From: an uncultured Holophagales bacterium
Lineage (GTDB): Bacteria; Acidobacteriota; Thermoanaerobaculia; Multivoradales; UBA5704
Reading direction: 5' to 3'
Assembly (NCBI GenBank): GCA_963842525.1
Contig: CAWJGT010000009.1
Span: 1,824,001-1,888,000 of the forward strand
Length of the DNA: 64,000 nt
The notes beneath the pieces were generated by a model that was not told the DNA's origin, made no database searches, and saw only the letters and a list, made by a program, of their open reading frames with translations. A program made the translations under genes and the position numbers. Of this stretch, positions 1-9,515 are shown in pieces (the stretch's first letter is position 1; each line of letters starts with the position of its first letter).

Positions 1-275
1 GCGCCAGGCTTTTCCGCGTACTCCGTCCAGGTTGTGCGGGCGGCTCGGGCATAAGCGCGGACAGCGTCCCAGGAGAGATCCTCCTGGTGGCTCAAGCCGG
101 GAAGGTCGAGATGGATGGCGTTGCCGAAACGGGGTGAGATCCGGGCGGTGAGGCGGAGGTCGATCGCGGCGACGAGGGCGGGCCGGCCGTAGACGGCGGC
201 GTGCTCGCCCATCAGGATGAGCTTGCCGGGGGCGGAGACGGCGACGGGACCCCTCACCCCCGGCCCCTCTCCCAT
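1..275 (-). CDS. mvk: Mevalonate kinase, N-terminal part (runs off the window start)
   Basis: Manual translation gives (MGEGPG)VRGPVAVSAPGKLILMGEHAAVYGRPALVAAIDLR, the mevalonate kinase N-terminal motif PGKxILxGEHxxVYG. Directly downstream of HMG-CoA reductase. Start is ATG 275 or GTG 257. Confidence 0.88.
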   Translation of the reverse strand, partial: MGEGPGVRGPVAVSAPGKLILMGEHAAVYGRPALVAAIDLRLTARISPRFGNAIHLDLPGLSHQEDLSWDAVRAYARAARTTWTEYAEKPG

Positions 276-375
276 CGCCCCCCCTGCCCCCGGGAGAGGG
301 GAGAAAAGCGATCTGTTCCCCCCTCTCCCGGTCGGTGGGGGGGCGATGGGAGAGGGGGGTCAGGGGGGTGAGGTC
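250..375. repeat. REP-like palindrome, family A (CCCTCACCCC..CCCCTCTCCC / GGGAGAGGGG..GGGGTGAGG)
   Basis: Nested inverted repeats; related copies near 4041, 11459, 25612, 48446 and 57121. Confidence 0.85.
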
Positions 376-391
376 TCAAACGTCGCCGTGA

Positions 392-1699
392 TCAGGTCCG
401 GTGCGGCCCGAGCGGCATCTGGCCGGCGGTTTGGACGGACGCCTGGCCGCGCGCCAGCTTCTCGTGCGCCCGCGCCAGGTCCTGGGACGTGAAGGCGGCC
501 ATCAGCGACAGCTCGCCGGCGAGGACCACCGCGCCCACGATCTCGGCGAGCCGCATGACGGCATCACCGCGCCGCTCCGGATCGGGGGAGACACCGAGCA
601 TGGCCAGAGCCTCCCGCTGCGTGTCGAGCTGCGTGCCGCCTCCGACCGCGCCCAGGGGGACGTCGGGCAGGAACACCGAGGCGAAGACCGACTCCGGGCC
701 TCGCGGCTCGATGCAGGTGATCCCCATGGAGCCCTCGACCACGTGCGCCGGATCCTGTCCGGTGGCGATGAAGAAGGCCGACAGCACGTTGGCGTAGTGG
801 GCGTTGAAGCCCAGCGAGCCGGCCGCGATCGAGCCGAGGAGGTTCTTGCGGTACTGCACTTCGACCAGGTCGCGGGCGTTGGTCTTGAGCTGGTGGTGGA
901 GGATCGGCGCCTCCAGCAGCACCTCGGCGTAGATCCGCTTGCCGCGCCCCTCCTGGAAGTTGATGTGGGAGGGCTTCTTGTCCACGCAGTAGTTGCCCGA
1001 GAGGCCGATGCAGGGGACGCCGGTCGCCGGCTCGATCAAGTCGTTGACCACGCGGTCGCAGGCGATGGTCACCATGTTCATCCCCATGGCGTCGCCCGAG
1101 TCGAAGCGGAAGCGCAGGAAGACCGTGGTGCCGAAGGCGTAGGGCCGCACCTCGAGCAGGCGCAGGTGGCTGCTGGTGGCCTCGGTGGCCCGCCGGATGT
1201 CCTCGTCGTTGTCCTTGATCCACTGCAGGAACTGCTGCGTCTGCACGATCCCCGAGGTGCGGAAGACGGGCGCCCGGGTCATGCCCACGTCCTCGACCCG
1301 CACCACGGCGCCGCCGGCCTCGCGCAAGGCCGAGCAGCCGCGGTTGGTGCTCGCCACCAGCGCCGCCTCGGTGGTCGCCAGCGGCACCCAGACGTCGCCG
1401 TCCACGTGCTTGCCGCGGACGCGCAACGGCCCGACCACGCCCATGGGTACCTGGGCCACGCCGATGAAGTTCTCGCAGTTGCGCTTGGAGGCCCGCTGCA
1501 CGTCGAGCGAGTGGTGCGCGATGTGGTCGAGCGGCGTCTGCGTCATGCGCTCCAGCGCCAGCCGCCGGATCTCCGCCGCATCTTCCGCGGAGAGGTCCTT
1601 GGGCAGCTCGTGGAAGCGGCGCTCGCCACGGGCCAGCGCGTCGACCAGGTCGTCGCGGGTCGGTGGGGCGGGGATGGGATCGATATTGGTCATGCTCAT
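392..1699 (-). CDS. hmgA: Hydroxymethylglutaryl-CoA reductase, class I (NADPH type)
   Basis: Motifs CENFIG, PLATTE, GDAMGMNM, SGNYCVDKKP, VLAGELSL, AHEKL. Confidence 0.95.
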   Translation of the reverse strand: MSMTNIDPIPAPPTRDDLVDALARGERRFHELPKDLSAEDAAEIRRLALERMTQTPLDHIAHHSLDVQRASKRNCENFIGVAQVPMGVVGPLRVRGKHVDGDVWVPLATTEAALVASTNRGCSALREAGGAVVRVEDVGMTRAPVFRTSGIVQTQQFLQWIKDNDEDIRRATEATSSHLRLLEVRPYAFGTTVFLRFRFDSGDAMGMNMVTIACDRVVNDLIEPATGVPCIGLSGNYCVDKKPSHINFQEGRGKRIYAEVLLEAPILHHQLKTNARDLVEVQYRKNLLGSIAAGSLGFNAHYANVLSAFFIATGQDPAHVVEGSMGITCIEPRGPESVFASVFLPDVPLGAVGGGTQLDTQREALAMLGVSPDPERRGDAVMRLAEIVGAVVLAGELSLMAAFTSQDLARAHEKLARGQASVQTAGQMPLGPHRT

Positions 1700-2745
1700 T
1701 CTCGCGGCCCTTTGCGGAGATCGACGTTCTTCAGCTCCGCGACTGTTTTCACGCCGAGGCAGAACATACAGATGCGCAGCTCCTGGACCACGCGCCGCAC
1801 CTTGTCGGCGACCCGTTCGGCGGACTCGGTGGCCGCCGCCAGGAAGGGATAGGCCATTCCTACCAGGTCAGCCCCCAGGGCGATGGCCTTAGCGGCATCG
1901 ATGCCGTTGCGGATGCCCCCGCTCGCGATCACCGTGGCCCCGGGCACCTGCCGGAGGGCTTGCCGGACCTCGCGGATCGACTGCGGGGTCGGGATGCCCC
2001 AGCCGGCGAAGATCTCGCCGATCTCGACGTCCCCGGCCCGTTGCGCCTCGATCCGCGCCCAGCTCGTGCCGCCCACGCCGGCCGTGTCGAGGATGTGGAC
2101 CCCCTGGCCGGCGAGGTCCTGCGCGGTCCGCCCCGAGATGCCGCAGCCGATCTCCTTGACCACCACCGGCACGCCGAGCCCGCGGACCACCTCGCCGATC
2201 TTGGGCAGGAGGCCGGCGAAGTTGCACTGGCCCTCGGGCTGGATGGCCTCCTGCAGCGGGTTGAGGTGAAGGATCAGGGCGTCCGCCTGGATCATCTCCA
2301 CCACCTGCCGGCACTCGCGCACGCCCATGCCGTAGTTGAGCTGGACGGCGCCGAGGTTGGCCAGCAGGGGGACCGACGGCGCGAGATCCCGGACGCGAAA
2401 GGTATCAGCTTTCGCCGGGTCTTCCAATGCCTTGCGCTGCGAACCGACCGCCACGGCGATGCCCGTCCGCTCGGCCCCGGCCGCAAGATTACGGTTGATG
2501 ACGCCGGCGGCCTCGGTGCCGCCCGTCATCGAGGAGATCAGCAGGGGCGCCGCGAGGCGACGGCCGAGGAGCTCGACAGAGGTGTCCACCTCCGCCATGT
2601 CGATCTCCGGCAGCGCGGCATGGTCGAATCGGTAGTCGTCGAAATAGTTGGCGCCGAGCTGCATCCGCTCGTCCAGGGCGAGCCGGATGTGCTCGGCCTT
2701 GCGGTCGCGCTCGAGGTCCACCGGGCTCTCCAGGAGGGCGCTCAC
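1696..2745 (-). CDS. fni: Type 2 isopentenyl-diphosphate delta-isomerase (FMN dependent)
   Basis: RKAEHI, ISSMTGG, GSQR, HLNPLQE, VVKEIGCG, GGTSW, ASGGIR motifs; GTG start overlaps the upstream TGA (GTGA). Confidence 0.95.
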   Translation of the reverse strand: MSALLESPVDLERDRKAEHIRLALDERMQLGANYFDDYRFDHAALPEIDMAEVDTSVELLGRRLAAPLLISSMTGGTEAAGVINRNLAAGAERTGIAVAVGSQRKALEDPAKADTFRVRDLAPSVPLLANLGAVQLNYGMGVRECRQVVEMIQADALILHLNPLQEAIQPEGQCNFAGLLPKIGEVVRGLGVPVVVKEIGCGISGRTAQDLAGQGVHILDTAGVGGTSWARIEAQRAGDVEIGEIFAGWGIPTPQSIREVRQALRQVPGATVIASGGIRNGIDAAKAIALGADLVGMAYPFLAAATESAERVADKVRRVVQELRICMFCLGVKTVAELKNVDLRKGPRE

Positions 2746-3911
2746 TGCTCGCGCTCCCACAGGAAGTCGATCAGCCCTTCGAGGAAGAGCCGCCCCTCCG
2801 GCTGCAGCTCGAATCCGCGCTCGGAGCCCTGGAGCTCCTCGAGGGCCTGGTGCGCCGCCCGCAGCCGCTCGGCCACCATGGCGGTGACCTTGGCGCGGGC
2901 GCCGGTCTCTTCGAGGATCCGTTGCACGCGGGTCACCTCGGCGACCTCCAGGCCGGGATTGCCGAGCGCGGCGTCGAGGGCCTGCCTCTGCTCCGGGGTG
3001 GCCGCGGCGAGGGCGTGATGGATGAGGAACGTGAACTTCCCCTCGCGCAGGTCCTCGCCGACCGGCTTGCCCACGGTCCGGGCGTCGCCGAACATGCCGA
3101 GGAGGTCGTCCTGGAGCTGGAAGGCCTCGCCGATCGCCGCGCCGTAGCGCGAGAGGCCTGCGACGACCTCGTCCGGCGCACCGGTGAGCAGGGCGCCGAG
3201 CTGGATCGGCCGCTCGGCCGTGTAGCAGCCCGACTTCAGCCGCAGCACGCGGAGCAGCTCCTCCTCGCGGCCGGCCGCGGAGGCGTCCGGCGCCTGAAGG
3301 GAGAGGGCCCCGCGGCGCTGTGCCAGCAGCAGCTCCAGGTACTGGCCGCCGATGACCTCCTCGCTCATCGCCGAGAAGCAGCGCGCCAGGCGCCGGCGCC
3401 GCTCGCCGTCCAGGTCCAGGCCGGTGAACAGCTCCACCGCCCAGGTGTGCGCCAGGTCGCCGAGCAGGATGGCCACCGAGCGGCCGAAGTCCTGCGGGTC
3501 GCCGTGGAAGCCGCGCTGCTGGTGCGCCTGGCGGAAGCGGACGTGCGCGGCCGGCTGGCCGCGGCGGACCTCCGCGTGGTCCATGATGTCGTCGTGGATC
3601 AGCAGGTAGGTGTGGATCAGCTCGCACGCCAGGGCGAGGGGGAGGACCTCCTGGTCCGACGGGCCGCCGCAGGCGCGGTAGGTGTAATAGACCAGGGCCG
3701 GCCGCAGGCGCTTGCCCCCCTGGGTGGTGAGCTGGCCGACGCCGTCGATCAGCTCGCTCATCTCGCGCCAGCCGGCCGCCGCCTGCCGCTTGCTCGCCAG
3801 CCAGGCCGCCAGCTCGCGGTCGAGCTTCTCGCGCAAGGCGTCCAGGAGGTCGTGGAACCCGGCGGGCACGTCCTGGTGCCAGGCTGACGGAGCGGCTGTA
3901 GGTCGTCCCAT
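2742..3911 (-). CDS. Polyprenyl diphosphate synthase (GGPP/FPP synthase family)
   Basis: GGKRLRP, first Asp-rich motif LIHDDIMD..RRG, second motif FQLQDDLL, GEDLREGK. Confidence 0.93.
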   Translation of the reverse strand: MGRPTAAPSAWHQDVPAGFHDLLDALREKLDRELAAWLASKRQAAAGWREMSELIDGVGQLTTQGGKRLRPALVYYTYRACGGPSDQEVLPLALACELIHTYLLIHDDIMDHAEVRRGQPAAHVRFRQAHQQRGFHGDPQDFGRSVAILLGDLAHTWAVELFTGLDLDGERRRRLARCFSAMSEEVIGGQYLELLLAQRRGALSLQAPDASAAGREEELLRVLRLKSGCYTAERPIQLGALLTGAPDEVVAGLSRYGAAIGEAFQLQDDLLGMFGDARTVGKPVGEDLREGKFTFLIHHALAAATPEQRQALDAALGNPGLEVAEVTRVQRILEETGARAKVTAMVAERLRAAHQALEELQGSERGFELQPEGRLFLEGLIDFLWEREQ

Positions 3912-4040
3912 GGGTTCGTTCGAGAAAAGTCCGAATGTGCCGGTCTTTGAGAGTTTATCCGGAAACTCCGTCCGCCGGATGTGGATCATAGCGGAAGAGC
4001 ACTTTGCAATGCAAAGTCGAGGGGTGGTGCGGGCTGGAGT

Positions 4041-4110
4041 CCTCACCCCCTGTCCCCTCTCCCATCTCCCTTCCACCCCCCGCCGGGAGAGGGGGACAGG
4101 GGGTGAGGTT
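4041..4110. repeat. REP-like palindrome, family A
   Basis: CCTCACCCCCTGTCCCCTCTCCC...GGGAGAGGGGGACAGGGGGTGAGG inverted repeat in a divergent intergenic region. Confidence 0.85.
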
Positions 4111-4165
4111 TTGCCCAAGCGACCACTGACTTTGACGGAGTCGTCGGTGGTGTAGAGTTTTTGCC

Positions 4166-4960
4166 ATGAGCTATGACCTCTATCAGGTGGACGCCTTCAC
4201 CGACCGCGCCTTCGCCGGCAATCCGGCGGCGGTCTGCCTGCTGCCCGGACCGCGCGAGCCGGAGTGGATGCAGGAGGTCGCGTGCGAGATGAACCTGTCG
4301 GAGACGGCCTTCCTCCATGCCGACGAGCACGGTGGTTACCGTCTGCGCTGGTTCACCCCGGCCATCGAGGTTGAGCTCTGCGGCCACGCCACCCTGGCGA
4401 GCGCCCATGTGCTCTGGGAGTCCGGCCGGCTGGCGGCCGGGGAGACCGCCCGCTTCCACACCCTGAGTGGCCTGCTGACCGCAGAACGGAATGGGGATGA
4501 CATCGAGCTCGACTTCCCGGCCCGGCCGATGGAGGAGGTCGCGCCTCCGCCGGGCCTGGCCGAGGCGTTCGGGGCGGTGCCCCGCTTCGTCGGCCGCAGC
4601 CGGTACGATTACCTCCTGGAGCTGCCCACCGAGGACGCCGTGCGCACCGCGGCCCCCGATTACGCCCTGCTGCGGACTCTGCCCGTGCGCGGCATCATCA
4701 TCACCGCGGCGGGGGAGCAGGGTCCGCACGACTTCGTCTCGCGTTTCTTCGCGCCCGGCTCGGGCGTCGACGAGGACCCCGTGACCGGCTCGGCCCACTG
4801 CACCCTCGGCCCCTACTGGGCATCGCGCCTGGGCAAGACGTCGTTCCTCGCCTGGCAGGCCTCGGCGCGCGGCGGCGAGCTCCGGGTGCGCCTCGAAGGC
4901 GACCGGGTCCGGCTCGGCGGTCGGGCCGTGACCATTTTCCATGGCCGCCTTCTGGTCTGA
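4166..4960 (+). CDS. PhzF-family isomerase
   Basis: QVDAF..GNPAAV, EMNLSETAF, LRWFTP..EVELCGHATL, EDPVTGSAHC. Confidence 0.93.
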   Translation: MSYDLYQVDAFTDRAFAGNPAAVCLLPGPREPEWMQEVACEMNLSETAFLHADEHGGYRLRWFTPAIEVELCGHATLASAHVLWESGRLAAGETARFHTLSGLLTAERNGDDIELDFPARPMEEVAPPPGLAEAFGAVPRFVGRSRYDYLLELPTEDAVRTAAPDYALLRTLPVRGIIITAAGEQGPHDFVSRFFAPGSGVDEDPVTGSAHCTLGPYWASRLGKTSFLAWQASARGGELRVRLEGDRVRLGGRAVTIFHGRLLV

Positions 4961-5161
4961 GCCCCAGAACTACCGCCTTACTGCCGATTTATTCACCTGT
5001 TTGCAAGAAAGAAACGCCCCCGTCTCCCGAGGAAAGTAGAATTTCCTCGTCGTTGTCCCGCTTTGACCCTCCTGTCGCACTCCAACAACGGGCCAAGTCA
5101 AACGGCCCGCCGCAGCCGAACGCGGCCTTAAATTGATGTATTTAATTGATTGGGGGGAACA

Positions 5162-6415
5162 ATGGTCAACGCTCTCAGAGACAGTCTGTCTGACGTCGCA
5201 CTCCTGGATCATCCGATCACGCAGGTCAAGGAAGAGCTTCGGCTTGCCCGGTCCATGCGGTCGATGTCCCAATCGGGGCTGCGCGAGGTCATGGACCTGG
5301 TGAACCGGCCGGGCGTCCTCTCGCTGGCCGTGGGATTGCCGGCCGCCGAGATGTTTCCCACCGAGGCGATCGCCGATGCCACCGCCCGCCTCCTGACCTC
5401 CGATCCGGTCTCCCTTCAGTACGGCGTCCCCTCCAAGTCTCTCAAAGCGCAGATCGTCGAGCTGATGGCCCTGCGCGGCGTCCGCTGCCGGGCGGAGCAG
5501 GTCTTCCTCACCTCGGGCGCGCAGCAGGCGCTGGACCTCATGGCGTGCCTGCTCCTCGACCCGCACGGCGAGGTAATGATCGAGCGCACGGTCTACGACG
5601 GCATCCAGATGGCCGTCAAGCGTTTCGAGCCCGAGATCCTGACCGTGTCGACCGACCCGGAGACCGGGATCGAAGTCGATGAGATCGAAGCCCTCCTCCT
5701 CGCCGGCCACCGCCCTGCCTTCATTTACGTGATCACCGACGGCCACAACCCCCTGGGCGTCAGCGTCAGCCAGGAGAAGCGCTACCGCCTGGTCGAGCTC
5801 GCCCGCGAGTTCGGCGTGCCGATCATCGAGGACGACGCCTACGGGCTGCTCTACTACGAGCAGGCTCCCGCCGCGCCGCTGCGCGCCCTGGACGACGAAT
5901 GGGTCCTCTATGTCGGCTCGTTCTCGAAGATCCTGGCCCCGGCGCTGCGCGCGGGCTGGGCGGTCGTCCCCGAGCATCTGGTGCCGCGCCTGTCGGCCCT
6001 CAAGCACGCCGCCGACATCGACACCCCGTCTTTCAGCCACCGCGCCATCTCCGTCTATCTCGAATCCGGCCATCACTACGGGCACCTCGTCGCGCTGCGC
6101 AACGAGTACCGGCGCCGCCGCAACGCGCTGCTCGGCGCGCTGGAGGCCTACCTGCCGCCCTACGTGAAATGGAACTATCCCACCAGCGGGATGTTCGTCT
6201 GGGTCGAGCTGCCGCGGAACCTGGACGCCACCACGCTCCTGCGCACCGCGGTCGAGCGCGAGAGCGTCGCCTTCAGCCCGGGCGCCATCTTCTGCGGCGC
6301 CGACGACTCCCACGCCCGCCACTGCCTGCGGCTGACCTTCGCGAGCTGCACCCCCGAAAAGATCGAAGAAGGCATCCGCCGGCTCGCCCGCGCCATCGAA
6401 GCCGCGATGCGCTAG
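5162..6415 (+). CDS. PLP-dependent aminotransferase class I/II (LysN/MocR-like, no HTH)
   Basis: SLAVGLP, TSGAQQAL, HNPLG, IIEDDAY, GSFSKILAPALRAGW. Confidence 0.9.
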   Translation: MVNALRDSLSDVALLDHPITQVKEELRLARSMRSMSQSGLREVMDLVNRPGVLSLAVGLPAAEMFPTEAIADATARLLTSDPVSLQYGVPSKSLKAQIVELMALRGVRCRAEQVFLTSGAQQALDLMACLLLDPHGEVMIERTVYDGIQMAVKRFEPEILTVSTDPETGIEVDEIEALLLAGHRPAFIYVITDGHNPLGVSVSQEKRYRLVELAREFGVPIIEDDAYGLLYYEQAPAAPLRALDDEWVLYVGSFSKILAPALRAGWAVVPEHLVPRLSALKHAADIDTPSFSHRAISVYLESGHHYGHLVALRNEYRRRRNALLGALEAYLPPYVKWNYPTSGMFVWVELPRNLDATTLLRTAVERESVAFSPGAIFCGADDSHARHCLRLTFASCTPEKIEEGIRRLARAIEAAMR

Positions 6416-6448
6416 GCACGACCACGGAAGGGACCACGGAAGAAAGTT

Positions 6449-6506
6449 GGGGCGGCCCCCTGAGGGACCGCCCGCATCGAGAGAGGGCGCCCCGAAGGGC
6501 GCCCTT
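6449..6506. terminator. Paired GC hairpins between convergent genes
   Basis: GGGCGGCCCC..GGGACCGCCC and AGGGCGCCC-GAA-GGGCGCCCT stems. Confidence 0.5.
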
Positions 6507-6511
6507 GCTCT

Positions 6512-6997
6512 TTACGTCTTGTCTTCCGGGGTGTCTTCCGGGACTTCCGGGGTGTCTTTGGACGGCTCGCTCTCGCCCTGCGACGGACGCTGCACGGACA
6601 GCACGATGTGCCGGATGAGGCGATGGAAGCCGCCGAGGAGCTGCTCGAGGGCCCTCTCCTCCTCCGGCGGCAGGGTGCTGGGCAGGCCCAGGATGCGATA
6701 GACGTCCAGCCCCCCGGAGCCCCCGCCGCCGCCCCAACTCGCCGCCGGTCCGGGGCTCGCCGCCGGCCGGCCGTTGACGATCTGCAGGGCGTTGTGAAGG
6801 TCTTGCAGATCGCAGCCCAGAGTCCCCAGGATCTTCTCCAGCGTGTCGAGCGAAGGCCGCTGCCGGCCCGTCTCGTACGCCGAGAGCATCCCCTTGGTGA
6901 TGCCGGCGGCATCCGCCACCTGGTACTGCTTCCTCCCGTGCCGGTCCCGTATCCAGCGAATCGCCGGACCGAGGCCGGTCAGAACCGTTGTACGCAC
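6512..6997 (-). CDS. XRE-family helix-turn-helix transcriptional regulator
   Basis: IRWIRDRHGRKQYQVADAAGITKGMLSAYETGRQRPSLDTLEKI; GTG start after AGGAG. Confidence 0.88.
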   Translation of the reverse strand: MRTTVLTGLGPAIRWIRDRHGRKQYQVADAAGITKGMLSAYETGRQRPSLDTLEKILGTLGCDLQDLHNALQIVNGRPAASPGPAASWGGGGGSGGLDVYRILGLPSTLPPEEERALEQLLGGFHRLIRHIVLSVQRPSQGESEPSKDTPEVPEDTPEDKT

Positions 6998-7161
6998 GGC
7001 TTTTCTCTCCTGATGAGTCCGTCGCCGCCTGTCAGCTCGCGCCGGAATGGTTCGAGGGGGGCGAAGGCGTCTTGGTTCCACATGTTCCAGAGTATAGGCG
7101 TAACATGGGCGTAAATCAAGCGTCAATGGCGTAATTCTTCTGTCTGGTACGATCAGCCGCC

Positions 7162-8101
7162 ATGCTCGACCTTGCGGACCTCCGGACAGCCTCCGAAAGG
7201 CTGCGCCCGTACGTCCGCAGGACACCCCTGCTGCGCGCCGAGCCGCTGCTGCGGCAGGTGACCGCCGCGGAGCTCTGGCTCAAGCTGGAGTCGCTCCAGG
7301 TGACCGGTTCCTTCAAGCCCCGGGGAGCCACGCACAAGGTGCTGACGCTGCCACCCGAACAGGCACGCCGCGGCCTGGTGACCGCCTCCGGAGGCAACCA
7401 TGGCCTCGGCGTGGCGTACGCTGGAAGCCGGCTGGGCGCGCCGGCGGTGATCTACCTGCCGGCCAACGCGCCGCCGAGCAAAGCCGAGAAGCTCGAGCGC
7501 TGGGGCGCCCGGGTCGTGTGGGAGGGCGACGTCTGGGATGACGCCGACCGGGCGGCCCGCGACGCGGCGGAGAGCGAGGGCTGGACCTACGTCCACTCGT
7601 TCGCCGATCCGGCAGTCATTGCCGGCCAGGCGACGATCGGCCTCGAGATCCTCGAGGAGGTGCCGGAGATCGATCTGCTGCTGGTGTCGATCGGCGGCGG
7701 CGGGCTCATCTCCGGAGTGGCCACCGCCGCCAAGGCGATCCGCCCGTCGGTGCGCGTCGTCGGCGTCGAGCCCGTGGGGGCGCCCACGCTCTACGAGAGC
7801 GTCCGCGCCGGGGCCGTGATCGAGCTGCCACGCGTCACCACGGCCGCCAACACCCTGGCCCCGCGCCGCAGCGCCGAGCTCAACCTCGCGATCATCCGCG
7901 AGAAGGTCGACGAGATCGTGCTGGTGAACGACGAGGAGATGCGCGAAGCCGCGCGCTGGCTCTGGTTCGAGACCGGCGTGGCCGTCGAGCTTCTCCGGCG
8001 CCGCGGCCGTCGCGGCCCTCCTCACGGGGCGCGTCACGGCGGAGGGGCTGCGAGCCTGCGCCGTCATCTGCGGCGCCGGGACCGACGGGTTGACCTCCTG
8101 A
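7162..8101 (+). CDS. Threonine/serine dehydratase (PLP fold II); frameshift near 7990
   Basis: KLESLQVTGSFKPRGA, ASGGNHG, SIGGGGL; continues in another frame as SGAAAVAALL..AVICGAG to TGA 8099-8101. Confidence 0.85.
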
Positions 8102-8231
8102 AATGGCGGCGATGGCCCCCTCCGTGGCGAGGCGTCAGGAAGCGGGAACTTACCACTTCCGCCTTCAGGAAGCTGCCCCTTGGGAGGGTCCAACGATTCG
8201 GGAGTGGTTTTGTTGATCCGGAGGAGCACGG

Positions 8232-9515
8232 ATGTCGCAGTCTCTCTTGCCTGGCCCTCGGCCCGCAGATTTCCTCTGGGCGAGCGGCATCGAAGACACC
8301 TTCGTCCCCCAGACCCGGCAGGGCCAGCGCGCCCTCGACGAATACCAGCTCATGGGCCATTACGACCACTGGCGCGAGGACCTCGCGCTGGCGCGGGACC
8401 TCGGCCTCCAGGCCCTGCGATGGGGCGTCCCCTGGTACCGTGTCGAGCCGCTGCCCGGCGAATTCGACTGGAGCTGGACCGACCAGGTCATCCCCTACAT
8501 GGTCGAGGTGCTGGGGATCACGCCGATCCTCGACCTCATGCACTACGGCTGCCCCTTCTGGCTGCGCCGCGAGTTTGCCAGCGACGACTATCCCGAGCGG
8601 GTCGCCGCGTACGCCGCCGCGGTGGCGCGCCGTTACAAGGGGCGCGTGCGGTGGTACACGCCGCTCAACGAGCCGCTGGTCAACGCCCTGATGTGCGGCA
8701 AGCGCGGCCTCTGGCCACCTTACCTGCGCGGCGACAACGGCTACATCCGGATCATGCTGCAGCTCGTCAAGGGCATCCTGCGCACGGTCGACGCTCTCAA
8801 GTCGGTCGACCCCGACGCGGTCATGGTGCACGTCGAAGCCGCGGGCCTGGCGCGCGCCGCCCGCGCCGACCTCGAAGCCCTCGCCGTCGAGGACCAGCGG
8901 CGGGGATACCTCTCCTTCGACCTGCTGACCGGCCGGGTGACGCCCGAGCATCCGCTCTTCACCTGGCTTCTCCGCCACGGCGCGGGCCCCGACGACCTGG
9001 CGGAGATCGCCAGGTCGCCCATCCCGCTGGAGGTGATGGGCCTCAACTTCTATCCGCAGTGGTCCACGCAGCAGATCTCCGTCGACCGCCGGGGCCGCAT
9101 CGCCTATCAGGCCACGGAGCAGGACGGGGCGGGCTTCGGGGCCCTGATCGAAGCCTACTGGCGTCACTACGGCGCCCCGATCATGGTCACCGAGACCAGC
9201 GCCCGCGGCCGCGTCGAAGTCCGGTCCCATTGGCTGGAGACCTCCCTGGCAGCCATCCGCCGCCTGCGCGAGAAAGGTGTGCCCGTGCTCGGCTACACCT
9301 GGTTCCCGCTGTTCACCATGATCGACTGGAAATACCGCTTCGGCCGCCAGCCCCTGGAGCACTACCGACTGGAGCTGGGGCTCTACACCCTCTCCGAGCA
9401 CGGCGCGGACCGCTGGAGCCCGACGCCGCTGGTCGACCAGCTCCGCGGCTACATCGCCGATCCGGCCGCCTCGATCGGCGAGCTCGTGGAGGCCGGGGAG
9501 CTGCTCGCCAGGTGA
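8232..9515 (+). CDS. Glycoside hydrolase family 1 (beta-glucosidase-like)
   Basis: HYDHWREDL, WYTPLNEP acid/base motif, IMVTET nucleophile motif, GYTWFP. Confidence 0.88.
   Translation: MSQSLLPGPRPADFLWASGIEDTFVPQTRQGQRALDEYQLMGHYDHWREDLALARDLGLQALRWGVPWYRVEPLPGEFDWSWTDQVIPYMVEVLGITPILDLMHYGCPFWLRREFASDDYPERVAAYAAAVARRYKGRVRWYTPLNEPLVNALMCGKRGLWPPYLRGDNGYIRIMLQLVKGILRTVDALKSVDPDAVMVHVEAAGLARAARADLEALAVEDQRRGYLSFDLLTGRVTPEHPLFTWLLRHGAGPDDLAEIARSPIPLEVMGLNFYPQWSTQQISVDRRGRIAYQATEQDGAGFGALIEAYWRHYGAPIMVTETSARGRVEVRSHWLETSLAAIRRLREKGVPVLGYTWFPLFTMIDWKYRFGRQPLEHYRLELGLYTLSEHGADRWSPTPLVDQLRGYIADPAASIGELVEAGELLAR

Noticed and set aside
4166-4960. Phenazine biosynthesis cluster
   Set aside because: A lone PhzF-family gene with no other phz genes
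8180-9511. N-terminal extensions in the ORF track (8180-11275, 1696-3627, 27161-29248, 15957-17696, 29264-31147)
   Set aside because: The extensions overlap neighbouring genes in another frame; the true starts are the coupled or SD-preceded codons listed in features
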